From a virus (Duplodnaviria > Caudoviricetes), in the IMG/VR virus record IMGVR_UViG_3300027205_000173, positions 60,934-124,933 of that record: a stretch of 64,000 bases of DNA, one strand, 5' to 3'. How positions within the stretch are numbered: position 1 is the stretch's first letter; the number at the start of each line of letters is the position of its first letter. The notes beneath the pieces are model-generated. The model did not search any database and had not been told where the DNA came from. It saw nothing but the letters and a program-made list of their open reading frames with translations. Positions 51,039-60,221 of the stretch are shown here, piece by piece. Position numbers and translations under genes: made by a program.

Positions 51039-51336
51039 TTCAATTTCTACTTTCAAAATCACTGCATTTACGCCGCTAGGTGATGAAGATTTTCATATTT
51101 CACTAATTGACAATGGTGGAGTTGTGGGCGGGAGGATATGGAATGATAAGGGGGAAATTAGTTTCACTGATTCAAGCAAAGAAAATAACTCCTTAGAGTG
51201 GAGTATTCCTATAGAAACACCCTTTGAAACAATCCTTAAATTCAATGTTTTCATATCTGTAGAGGAAAATCGAATGAGCGGACGCGTTGTTGTTGGCGAT
51301 TATGGTTCCGTGGCATTTCAAGGGTTTGGTGAATGA
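51028..51336 (+). CDS. small beta-rich hypothetical protein
   Basis: TPLG..LEW...TPF..MSG.V..G.YG...F.G; overlaps the DUF6065 stop. Confidence 0.6.
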   Translation: MLIDSISTFKITAFTPLGDEDFHISLIDNGGVVGGRIWNDKGEISFTDSSKENNSLEWSIPIETPFETILKFNVFISVEENRMSGRVVVGDYGSVAFQGFGE

Positions 51337-51337
51337 A

Positions 51338-51967
51338 ATGTCTTATGACGAAAATAACCTCTATAAAGTAGGTATGTCCTCAATCGATGGTGAGCCAGAT
51401 TTTTTGAGTCAATTTCATGGAAAAGTAACACTATTCGTCAATATTGCATCCAAATGCGGGTATCAACCAAAATGCAGTAATTTTTGGTCTTATGCCAGAA
51501 GTTTACGACAATTTAAACAACTACAAATCGTGCATGACGAATTTAAGGACCGAGGTTTCAGCGTTGTGGGTGTCCCTTGTAACCAATTTGGGAAGATGGA
51601 ACCCTGCCCCAACGATGAAATTTCATCATTCATAAAAAAATCATATGAATTTGTTAATTTCCCTATTTCTGAGAAAATTGATGTTAATGGTCCAAACGAG
51701 CATCCGCTATATTCCATCATTAAAGGAAAAGAAAAACGCAATAAATCTGATTCCATGGCAGACAATAGTGATAAAGCATTTGCAGGACGAAATGTAGAAG
51801 GTGCCGCCATGGCGCGAATCCCGAGCAATTGGGAGAAATTTATTGTTGGCCGAAGCGGTACGGTGATTGCTAGATTCAATTGGCAGGCAATGCCGCTGGA
51901 TAAGGAACCTTTAACTACGGGTGAAAGTTGGACAATCCGGGAAGCGATTGACGAAATACTTGGATAA
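51338..51967 (+). CDS. glutathione peroxidase-family protein (Cys-type, divergent active site)
   Basis: GKVTLFVNIASKCG, VGVPCNQFG, KIDVNG..HPLY, NWEKFIVGRSG. Confidence 0.85.
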   Translation: MSYDENNLYKVGMSSIDGEPDFLSQFHGKVTLFVNIASKCGYQPKCSNFWSYARSLRQFKQLQIVHDEFKDRGFSVVGVPCNQFGKMEPCPNDEISSFIKKSYEFVNFPISEKIDVNGPNEHPLYSIIKGKEKRNKSDSMADNSDKAFAGRNVEGAAMARIPSNWEKFIVGRSGTVIARFNWQAMPLDKEPLTTGESWTIREAIDEILG

Positions 51968-51974
51968 TGCGGAG

Positions 51975-51983
51975 TGGTATAGT
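51975..51983 (+). promoter_or_regulatory. extended -10 promoter
   Basis: TG-g-TATAGT upstream of 52032. Confidence 0.5.
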
Positions 51984-52031
51984 TTACTGTGACTAAATGA
52001 TGAGATAATACGCAGTGTTTGGAGGTGTTCT

Positions 52032-52880
52032 ATGAAGAGTTTGTCAAATCAAATAAAAATCAAAGCACTCAGGGAAAAAATTGCCGAATTTGAGGCGACG
52101 CTGTACGGGTCGCTTGCTGGAAATGGTTTTGATTTAGATTTATTTGAATCCGAAGATGATGTCATTAGCCACATTGGTTCAATGTTTAGTCTATTTACTA
52201 CGCCAGCAATACGATTTAGATATGGGTTCAGAGTATGGAAAAGTATCGCCATTTCAGAACAAGCCGACCATTGGATGGCCCCAACCTGTTCTTCGACTGA
52301 CACTCACATGAATATCCCAATGGACGAACTTTATGGTCGTACCGAATTCAAGGACATCCTTATGGATACTGGTTTCTTGGAAAAAATCGTAAATCATGTT
52401 GTCATTTACAACATTCCTGGTGGAGCCTCAATTATCTACAATGAATTGACGCCAGGCTCAGAACACCTAATTAAGCAGTATCAGATGATTCATCCATATC
52501 CTGGAGCGCCTTCGTTGCATGAATTGTTCAAACTATTACTCGAATGGCAATGGGCCTACATATACGCAGAGAGCCGTGAACCAATGGCTGAAGTGGCGAA
52601 CGAATTGCTTACTAGCGTAGGTCTACATATAGACCAGCAAAATTCCGTCGAACCAGTCAAATCACTCATGCAACTTCCCGATATGCAGGTCGCCCAATAT
52701 TTCAAAACTGGCGTATGTTCGCTTCCTGAAATCGCACCACCAGAACCAGTAGAATTCAAACTATGGGCAGTGAAAATTGGAATTTTCAATTTACACAAAA
52801 AAGAATTTGCCGACATGTACGAGACCTGCTTACGAATAAAAATTATGAAGACAAAATTATCCTCATTGGAGAATGAATAA
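52032..52880 (+). CDS. hypothetical protein
   Basis: GGAGG RBS; 282 aa. Confidence 0.75.
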   Translation: MKSLSNQIKIKALREKIAEFEATLYGSLAGNGFDLDLFESEDDVISHIGSMFSLFTTPAIRFRYGFRVWKSIAISEQADHWMAPTCSSTDTHMNIPMDELYGRTEFKDILMDTGFLEKIVNHVVIYNIPGGASIIYNELTPGSEHLIKQYQMIHPYPGAPSLHELFKLLLEWQWAYIYAESREPMAEVANELLTSVGLHIDQQNSVEPVKSLMQLPDMQVAQYFKTGVCSLPEIAPPEPVEFKLWAVKIGIFNLHKKEFADMYETCLRIKIMKTKLSSLENE

Positions 52881-52883
52881 ACC

Positions 52884-53102
52884 ATGGCATTAAATGAACA
52901 ACAAAAACAAAAAGCCAAAGATAAGGCAGCGTCTTTCTTGGAGAAAAGCATATTTGATTTGTGTTTGGTATTGGGCGTCGACCAGGATGAATTAACGTCC
53001 GATTACACAATCCCCGTAGCAGAGGACGACCCTGACTATAGGGGTTATTCTTCACTTATTAAGATGTTTCAAAGTTTGGAAAAAATTGAGAACGGCGTGT
53101 AA
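52884..53102 (+). CDS. small helical hypothetical protein
   Basis: GGAG upstream; TAATG coupling. Confidence 0.65.
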   Translation: MALNEQQKQKAKDKAASFLEKSIFDLCLVLGVDQDELTSDYTIPVAEDDPDYRGYSSLIKMFQSLEKIENGV

Positions 53103-53341
53103 TGAAGAAGATTAATTTTAACATAATTAAAGAAGAAGACCTTGAGAAGCAGTATGGATATACGGTTGTCAACGCTCCAGAAGGCAAAGTTGGCCCAGGC
53201 ACATGCGACGACGATGATATTTCTGAAAATGTTGTTCGGTGGGATGGGCCAACAATGACATGGTCTACTCAACTAAACGTTGGCCATCATTGTGTGAGTT
53301 TAAATATTCCTGAAGAAATAGCAGATGAGTATGACAACTAG
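53102..53341 (+). CDS. small acidic hypothetical protein
   Basis: Translational coupling on both sides. Confidence 0.6.
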   Translation: MKKINFNIIKEEDLEKQYGYTVVNAPEGKVGPGTCDDDDISENVVRWDGPTMTWSTQLNVGHHCVSLNIPEEIADEYDN

Positions 53342-53630
53342 AATCGGCAATAAAGATAATCGCACGTATGACGCGACGAGCAATATCGCTTATTTGGATA
53401 CGATTATTTTATCGATACTGTTTACCGTTGGTATGGAGGAGGAAGAACTATATATCGCCACGATTGAAGAAATTATTTCTAATATACGCAGCACGTTTGA
53501 ATATAGTAAAAATACGCTACCTACAGCAAGTCAAAATACTGTTCGTAGTATTAGCATGTTACTCGTAATAAATTTGAGGCGCGCATGGTTTGACAGACAG
53601 ATTGCTTTGGAGGTTCTGGCCCGTGGATAA
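53325..53630 (+). CDS. small helical hypothetical protein
   Basis: Overlaps both neighbours. Confidence 0.6.
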   Translation: MSMTTRIGNKDNRTYDATSNIAYLDTIILSILFTVGMEEEELYIATIEEIISNIRSTFEYSKNTLPTASQNTVRSISMLLVINLRRAWFDRQIALEVLARG

Positions 53631-54363
53631 AATACTTGGTAATAAATATTTGCTTGCGTCTTTAATTTCGAATGAATTAACGAGAGACCTATCTGAGGGT
53701 CTTGACTACGACTACGACTCCGCTTATAACGATATCAATACATCTATTAAAGAATATTATAATTCAATGACTCTAGACAAACGGGCAATTGCCATAGGCG
53801 ATGGCGCGATGTTGTCGCATGAAGTATTTGATAATCCTCAAATTGGTTGGAAGCAATCCCTATATTTATGTACTGATTATTTTGCTTTGATGATGGCGAA
53901 TGTAAAAAGGCCAAAGAATGCCTTAATCAATGGGCCAGACAAGCATTTTAATTTAGTTGCAACATTGGCTTCTATCGGTTGCAAATTGACTTTTTTAAAT
54001 AACAAATATTTGAATAATTTTGAATTGTTTGTATTAAACAATCCAGAGTTTCCATTTGACATTGAGTATGAAGTTATTGAACAAGAAGATATTTATGAAT
54101 ATTCTGGTCTAAAATTTGATTTTATGTTACTTGGTGCGGTCTATCTAGTATTAGATGATGAATTGATAAATTCCCACATAGATGCTCTTGAAGTAGGTGG
54201 AGTAATTCATCTCATCAATACCAATGATAACTCTGAAATATACGGTGAAGACTATGCGCATTGTCCAAGTTATAAATTATTTGAAGTGATAGATGATTAC
54301 CCAAATATCACCACCTATCATGTACCTTTTGGTATTGGTCATAACTTCATCATCAAAAACTGA
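53623..54363 (+). CDS. class I SAM methyltransferase-fold protein (degenerate motif I)
   Basis: GGAGG RBS plus GTG; KRPKNALING, KFDFMLL, DALEVGGVI. Confidence 0.6.
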   Translation: MDKILGNKYLLASLISNELTRDLSEGLDYDYDSAYNDINTSIKEYYNSMTLDKRAIAIGDGAMLSHEVFDNPQIGWKQSLYLCTDYFALMMANVKRPKNALINGPDKHFNLVATLASIGCKLTFLNNKYLNNFELFVLNNPEFPFDIEYEVIEQEDIYEYSGLKFDFMLLGAVYLVLDDELINSHIDALEVGGVIHLINTNDNSEIYGEDYAHCPSYKLFEVIDDYPNITTYHVPFGIGHNFIIKN

Positions 54364-54369
54364 TATAGT
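54361..54369 (+). promoter_or_regulatory. extended -10, leaderless promoter
   Basis: TG-a-TATAGT, 6 nt before ATG 54376, no SD. Confidence 0.6.
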
Positions 54370-54375
54370 GACAAA

Positions 54376-55383
54376 ATGAACGCGCGCCCAGATACGTCTG
54401 TCATTCCTCATCCAGATACACCCGTCATTGGCGATGAGCAAATACTAGAAATATCAAATTATCAAATCGAAATTCTGGGCCCGGGGATAGTGGTTTTTAG
54501 AAACGTATTACAGTTTGAACAGAAGTCAGTATTAGAATATATTGACAGTAGGGCTGAAGAGTCGCATAAAAATCGTTGGACCTATATTGTTGGGGAAGAT
54601 GGCGAGAAATATGGGATTAATGAAGATGGTTTTCGTTACCGTCCAGAGGACATCCCGGCAACGCCCGTAAGAATTCTCCGTCCGGTAGATGAAACAACTC
54701 CAGAAAATATTGCTAGTTTTTTTCACAATATGGAAGAAACTATTTATAAATGCCTGATTCGTTATATTGACATTTATCCATTGCTTGTTGGATGTGTTTG
54801 GTGGCGTAATCGTGGTCATATTCTTCGCTATATGGATGAAGGAATCCTTGGCTCGCATTGCGACAACGATACTAATTACAAGGTAACGGACGGCGTTCGC
54901 TATATGCCACGTGGACAAATGGCGGCCCGTCAAACATGTGGAGCCCTTACTTATTTGAATGATGGCGTGGATAATGAATCGCAACTAGATGGCACCAATT
55001 TTGTCGGTGGTAATTTGAGATTTTTTCATATGGGTATTGAATATAAACCACAGCGTGGTGATGTTATTATGTTTCCAACGAATTACGTTGCATCGCATGA
55101 CGTAACCAGAATGACCGCAGGAAGTAGATACACGTATCTATCGTTTTTTGGACAAGGCTCACCGGACAGCAAGGTAAATATCAATATAGTTGAACCAGAA
55201 GATAGTTTTGATTGGTGTCCTGGAATGTGGATGAATAATATTTACGATGATTATGAGCGTTATTGTAAATCTGAATTTTCAATATATTCAAAAGGCGAAG
55301 TAGAATTGGGGATTAATCCCGTATTCCAAGGTCGATGTGTTGCGCAATACGGTACGACACACGATACCGAAGTATTAACATAG
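54376..55383 (+). CDS. Fe(II)/2OG dioxygenase (WW..GH subgroup)
   Basis: WWRNRGH, HCD, YLND..GG.L.F, FPTNYVASHDV..GSRY. Confidence 0.88.
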   Translation: MNARPDTSVIPHPDTPVIGDEQILEISNYQIEILGPGIVVFRNVLQFEQKSVLEYIDSRAEESHKNRWTYIVGEDGEKYGINEDGFRYRPEDIPATPVRILRPVDETTPENIASFFHNMEETIYKCLIRYIDIYPLLVGCVWWRNRGHILRYMDEGILGSHCDNDTNYKVTDGVRYMPRGQMAARQTCGALTYLNDGVDNESQLDGTNFVGGNLRFFHMGIEYKPQRGDVIMFPTNYVASHDVTRMTAGSRYTYLSFFGQGSPDSKVNINIVEPEDSFDWCPGMWMNNIYDDYERYCKSEFSIYSKGEVELGINPVFQGRCVAQYGTTHDTEVLT

Positions 55384-55394
55384 GAATTTTCAGT

Positions 55395-56228
55395 ATGAAA
55401 AATCTAGGTAATGGAATTGTCTTATTTAATGAATCATTTAATGTAGATGGTGCCATTCTTGATTTTTTGAATTCCCTACAAGAGGTTGAGTTTAAAAATA
55501 ATTACACATACGAATTCAATGATGATAATTCTGTTAAGTGTTTGGTTAATAAAAGCGGGCACAGGTTCCGGCAAGAGGATATATCGAAGTCCTGTGTTCG
55601 GTTGAGCAACTATTACAACTACCCGAATTCTGAAGAATGCATAAATTTTTTTAATAACTGCGATTCTGCCGTTTATAAGGCGCTTCTTGAGTATTTGGAA
55701 ATTTTTCCCATGCTATTACCTTGCATATGGTGGAAGACCAAAGGACACCCAATTTTTTATCCAGAAGGCTCAGAGCAGGGCCTTCATTGTGATAATGACA
55801 TTAACTACAGTCCAGGCTTTGAACCGAGTATGCAATTGGGCTCCAGGCATGTCCTTGCTGCAATGTGTTATTTAAATGATGATTTCAGTGGTGGCGAAAT
55901 AGTTTTTCCATATGCTGGCGTTACACATTCCCCGAAAGCAGGAGATGTTCTTTTGTTTCCAGCAAACTATATTTGTGCACATTATGTTGCAACAGTTACG
56001 TCTGGAGACAGGTATGCATATCTTCAATACTTCGGACAGGGCTCCTCATCTCCCGAATATGGGATATCAGTATGTGATAACTCGCCATATATTCATAGTG
56101 GACAAGTATGGATGAATGATATTTTTTCTGATTACAAAAACCATATAGAAATGAAATATCAACCTAGTGAATCTGGTGATTTTCTTCGTCCCCTACAACG
56201 CAAATTCCATAGTTCTGAAATAAGGTGA
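55395..56228 (+). CDS. Fe(II)/2OG dioxygenase (WW..GH subgroup)
   Basis: WWKTKGH, HCD, YLNDDFSGGE, FPANY..HYV..SGDRY. Confidence 0.88.
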   Translation: MKNLGNGIVLFNESFNVDGAILDFLNSLQEVEFKNNYTYEFNDDNSVKCLVNKSGHRFRQEDISKSCVRLSNYYNYPNSEECINFFNNCDSAVYKALLEYLEIFPMLLPCIWWKTKGHPIFYPEGSEQGLHCDNDINYSPGFEPSMQLGSRHVLAAMCYLNDDFSGGEIVFPYAGVTHSPKAGDVLLFPANYICAHYVATVTSGDRYAYLQYFGQGSSSPEYGISVCDNSPYIHSGQVWMNDIFSDYKNHIEMKYQPSESGDFLRPLQRKFHSSEIR

Positions 56229-56232
56229 ATAC

Positions 56233-57120
56233 ATGGAGATAATTAACAATGATGTTGAACTAGAACATCTTGGTAGTGGTGTCTGCATATTTAGGAATGC
56301 TTTTTCTGCCAATTGGGAAGCCATATTTCAGACCGCAACAGAATTAGTAGACCTCGAACATGCCGACATGTATCAGCAGACTATTCACCCAGAAACTGGG
56401 GAAATGGCATACATTAATAAAAGCGGATATTTATTTACTGGTGAATCAATGGATGCAATGCCTCGACGCGGTTCCGTAATTCATCGTGATTCTCGTCCAC
56501 AAATTGCCAAAATGCTTCAGGATATTGAAACTATAAAAGATTCGTATTTGTTAAAATATTTTGAACGTTTTCCACTTGCGTATAATTGCATATGGTGGAA
56601 AGTCAAAGGACACCTAGTTTCATATTCGCCAGGCGTTTATCTTGGGAGTCACTCCGACATAAGTGCCGAATATGTATATGGAGTACATCAAACGTCGCAG
56701 GAGTTGGCACTCAGAAACGTTATAACATCAATCACGTATCTCAATTCATCGAATGACGAGAATTCGTTAGTGGACGGTGAATTTTCTGGCGGGGAACACA
56801 TATTTAATTATTTAGGAATAACATACTCTCCGCGTGCTGGCGACATCATGATGTTCCCATCCAATTATATGGCTGCACATGAGGTGCGTCCTATCGTATC
56901 TGGAAGACGTATCTCTTATCTTGGTTGGTATTCACAAGGGACACCCAACCAAGAGGTTGGCGAGAGCGTATGTGACCCAAAAATAAATCCAGAAGGTGCT
57001 CGAATCAGCACGAATGTATATATGCCAACGCTTCGTCATGATTATAGGGAGTTCCTGAAGTCGCGAGGGTATGACGAATCATCGGAACAATTTAATGCAA
57101 CAAGACTGGTTGGCGAATAA
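56233..57120 (+). CDS. Fe(II)/2OG dioxygenase (WW..GH subgroup)
   Basis: WWKVKGH, HSD, YLN..GGE, FPSNY..HEV..SGRR. Confidence 0.88.
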   Translation: MEIINNDVELEHLGSGVCIFRNAFSANWEAIFQTATELVDLEHADMYQQTIHPETGEMAYINKSGYLFTGESMDAMPRRGSVIHRDSRPQIAKMLQDIETIKDSYLLKYFERFPLAYNCIWWKVKGHLVSYSPGVYLGSHSDISAEYVYGVHQTSQELALRNVITSITYLNSSNDENSLVDGEFSGGEHIFNYLGITYSPRAGDIMMFPSNYMAAHEVRPIVSGRRISYLGWYSQGTPNQEVGESVCDPKINPEGARISTNVYMPTLRHDYREFLKSRGYDESSEQFNATRLVGE

Positions 57121-57914
57121 TGAAATCAACACACATAGGTATGGGTGTCGTTGTCTGTGAAGATGTTATAGATATAGACCAAGAGTTTTTGAAAAAATAC
57201 ATATCCGCACTGCGTGGTGCTAAAGAAAATACTTTTACATATATCGAAGAAGAAGGAATTACATACGCAGTCAATGCTACTGGTTTTAAGTTTAGTATTG
57301 AGGACATTTCTATTGCTCCTCAAAGATTTCTCAATACACGTTCACCTGAAGCACTAGGACAATTAGTAAATGAAGCAAATGAATTTATAAATAAATTAGA
57401 AAACGCAATTTATGACGCCCTGATTGAATATTGTCGCCATTTTCCTGATGCAGCAACGACGGCATGGTGGAGACCCCTGGGGCATCTGGCAGGATATGAA
57501 AATGGTCAAAAAATTGGTCCTCATTGCGATGACCAAGTTCCTTATGAGTGGGGTCAGAAAACGGGAAATCAAGTATCAATGCATAATAGTACGAGCATAA
57601 ACTTATATTTAAATGATTGCGTTGAATCAACCGAAGAACTTAATGAAACAAACTTCATAGGTGGAGAACTGTGCTTCCCAAATATCCCCTATAAATGGAA
57701 GCCAAAGTCCGGTTCGGTCATTGCCTATCCTTCAAATTATGTTGGAAGACATGAAGTGTTACCCGTAACCCATGGTCAGAGGTATGCCTATCTAAGCATG
57801 GCGTGTTACGGGACATCATTCACATCGGAAGAAATTGTCGGTCAAGACAATCCACATAGGATTTGGATGCCGAAACTTATTGAGGATTCACGTCGTCAGC
57901 CAACAAAACTATAG
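57120..57914 (+). CDS. Fe(II)/2OG dioxygenase (WW..GH subgroup)
   Basis: WWRPLGH, HCD, YLND..GGEL, YPSNY..HEV..GQRY. Confidence 0.88.
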   Translation: MKSTHIGMGVVVCEDVIDIDQEFLKKYISALRGAKENTFTYIEEEGITYAVNATGFKFSIEDISIAPQRFLNTRSPEALGQLVNEANEFINKLENAIYDALIEYCRHFPDAATTAWWRPLGHLAGYENGQKIGPHCDDQVPYEWGQKTGNQVSMHNSTSINLYLNDCVESTEELNETNFIGGELCFPNIPYKWKPKSGSVIAYPSNYVGRHEVLPVTHGQRYAYLSMACYGTSFTSEEIVGQDNPHRIWMPKLIEDSRRQPTKL

Positions 57915-58848
57915 GTTTTTCAGACCGATAATCAAATCCCAAATTTTGAATATATATTTCATATTCTTCTTTTGTCGGAGCCCCCCAATATCCAATAATA
58001 TCTCCATCAAGTATTTGCTTAACAATTGATGATTTATCATTTATGGATGCATTGAAATCAACGCACGGCCTATTATTTGTTAATGGTTTGGAATATATTT
58101 TTTTCCAAGAATCATCCGTTCCATCAACGATTGATTCATGTCGGCCAAATGAATACAGACAACTGTCACTGACAGAAAAAAACCTCCATCCTCGCGCACT
58201 TGCTCGCAGGGCGAGGACGTGTTCTTCTCCATAAAAAGCAATACGCGGGTCGGGCATAACTTCTTTAAAAAGGTCCAATTTTGCAAACACAAAACCCCCC
58301 GAAGTAAGATAATGCTCATACTCCCCGCCTGCCGCCATTCCACCGATTATTTCAGATTCATATAATCCATAAGGATTCCCCAACACCAATGGCGCCCCAA
58401 GCGTGTCATGTTTATGAATTTCTCCTATCTTATTTTTCGTATACCATTTTGGTCGATTGCTTATAGCGGGCTTTTCATATTTCACAGAAAGTTTGGATAT
58501 CTCGCGCAATAAATTCATATCCCAATTTTTATCAAAAATTGTATGAGCATCAATTTGCAGAGCATAATCTTGATTTTCGTGGAGCATAAATGCATTGAGT
58601 CTGCCCAAACCGAGACCAAGTGGATATTTGTAGTCAATGTTTACTTTTTTTACATTCTTGTAGGAGTCAGTATTTGAAAATTGACCATCAGTTCTTTGGT
58701 CAATTATTCCAAAATAAATACGACTAGGAAATCTTGCGTTCTCATATGCGCTCTTGACCGTCATGCAAATATCGCTTTCATCAACACCACATGTAAAAAC
58801 AAAAATTGTCCTAAGATGCTTATTTATTTCCGAAGATGCATCACTCAT
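57877..58848 (-). CDS. GT60-like glycosyltransferase (Skp1-hydroxyproline GlcNAc transferase Gnt1 family)
   Basis: TIFV..TVKSAYENARFPSRIYFGIIDQ, GLGLGR, DYALQIDAHTIFDKNWD, SGGFVF..EV.PDP..FYGEE..LALRA..GW. Confidence 0.78.
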   Translation of the reverse strand: MSDASSEINKHLRTIFVFTCGVDESDICMTVKSAYENARFPSRIYFGIIDQRTDGQFSNTDSYKNVKKVNIDYKYPLGLGLGRLNAFMLHENQDYALQIDAHTIFDKNWDMNLLREISKLSVKYEKPAISNRPKWYTKNKIGEIHKHDTLGAPLVLGNPYGLYESEIIGGMAAGGEYEHYLTSGGFVFAKLDLFKEVMPDPRIAFYGEEHVLALRASARGWRFFSVSDSCLYSFGRHESIVDGTDDSWKKIYSKPLTNNRPCVDFNASINDKSSIVKQILDGDIIGYWGAPTKEEYEIYIQNLGFDYRSEKPIVLLADDVNPQ

Positions 58849-59524
58849 AGAAAAATTCACCTGTACTTAGCGCCAATGGCGGAGAGTCTTTATGCCATAC
58901 GTTGATGACCATTACTTGACGCACGCCATTGGCCGCTGGGGTGGTTCCATGGAGGCGCCTGCCAGCATCAAAAGAGATGAGGCGATTCGGTACATATGCT
59001 AAGCGTTCCATATATTCAGGAGAAGATAACAAGGGGGCTATGTTGTCTCGTTCTAGGGCATTTTCTGGAGAACCTTTGATTTTGTTTTCATGCATTTCCA
59101 AAAATCCACCGTCACTACAGGATGTGAATCCATACCAAATTGCACCGATAACAGGAGCATTGAATGTCTTATCGCGGGCGTAGGCAAATGTATCTTCATC
59201 AACGTGAACTTTCAAATATTGACCAGGCTTGAATGTTCTGCACCAATACTCAAAACCACATATTTCAGATTCTGGGAAACCCAACAAACCAGTATCACGC
59301 CAGACGGCTTCAATTACTTGTTTTCTTAGGGTGTTGGCCGGGCTGCTCCACCATCCATCCCAGAACATATATGGGGCACTGCATGTAGATTCTCCGGAAT
59401 GAAAATAATTATTGTATTCTCCAATATTTTCCAAATCTCCCATATTTTCGGGAAAAAAATTAAAGTCATTTTTAATAGCATTAACCAAATTGGTATTTTT
59501 TATAAAATCGTCACAAACAAACAT
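58841..59524 (-). CDS. Fe(II)/2OG dioxygenase
   Basis: GFEYW, HVDED, GG.LE, PNRLISFDAG..HG..R.VMVINVW. Confidence 0.8.
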   Translation of the reverse strand: MFVCDDFIKNTNLVNAIKNDFNFFPENMGDLENIGEYNNYFHSGESTCSAPYMFWDGWWSSPANTLRKQVIEAVWRDTGLLGFPESEICGFEYWCRTFKPGQYLKVHVDEDTFAYARDKTFNAPVIGAIWYGFTSCSDGGFLEMHENKIKGSPENALERDNIAPLLSSPEYMERLAYVPNRLISFDAGRRLHGTTPAANGVRQVMVINVWHKDSPPLALSTGEFFYE

Positions 59525-60119
59525 CTATTCCCCCGTTATTACCAATTAATCTATATGGTGACCAATCTGGAACTATTTTCGTATTCGGTTCTAACGGGCA
59601 AAGATTGGCGCTGATAACGATTCGCGATTCATCAGACATGTGACGGGATGTCATATGAGAAATATACGAATTGAATATGATGAGCATTCCTTCTTTGGGT
59701 TTAATCGATATTGATTGTTCTATTGTGTTGCAATGTGTTAAAGAAAATACGATTTCCGCAGAACCTTCCGGAACGGATGGATAGTAGACAATAGAGTAAA
59801 ATTCTGACGGATAAAGATGAGAATTTGATTTATGAGAGTGCATCCCGACTGACTCGCCACGATTTAAAATTAAACCCCAAATTGACTCAACGGAGTATTC
59901 TCGATTCAAAACACTGCTTACAACGGATGATATTTTTTTGCATAAGTCGTAGATTTCGGGAACACCCGGAAGAACAATATCTTCAAAATATGTATGCGGA
60001 AAATTTACGGCATCAGGTTTTTGATTGCTAGACAAAATAATTTTAGAAATCAACCGATTATCAATATCGGCAACGTCTAATACGTATGCATTTAAATTAA
60101 TGAGTGGCACTACGTCCAT
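59511..60119 (-). CDS. putative Fe(II)/2OG dioxygenase (2OG-FeII_Oxy_5/TIGR02466-like)
   Basis: W..I..G....HSH, SIVYY, PKEG.LIIFNSYISH..RIVISAN. Confidence 0.8.
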   Translation of the reverse strand: MDVVPLINLNAYVLDVADIDNRLISKIILSSNQKPDAVNFPHTYFEDIVLPGVPEIYDLCKKISSVVSSVLNREYSVESIWGLILNRGESVGMHSHKSNSHLYPSEFYSIVYYPSVPEGSAEIVFSLTHCNTIEQSISIKPKEGMLIIFNSYISHMTSRHMSDESRIVISANLCPLEPNTKIVPDWSPYRLIGNNGGIDVCL

Positions 60120-60221
60120 CTGGGTTCACCACCAAAAATCATAGATATCTGAGTAATTTGATTAGCCATGACATATTTATAGCATAAGATGAGTAAATTA
60201 GCCAGACACCAAGGAGACAAA

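Noticed and set aside
51440-51470. Selenocysteine GPx or stop-codon recoding
   Set aside because: The active-site codon is TGC; genes throughout are intact in code 11 using all three stops.
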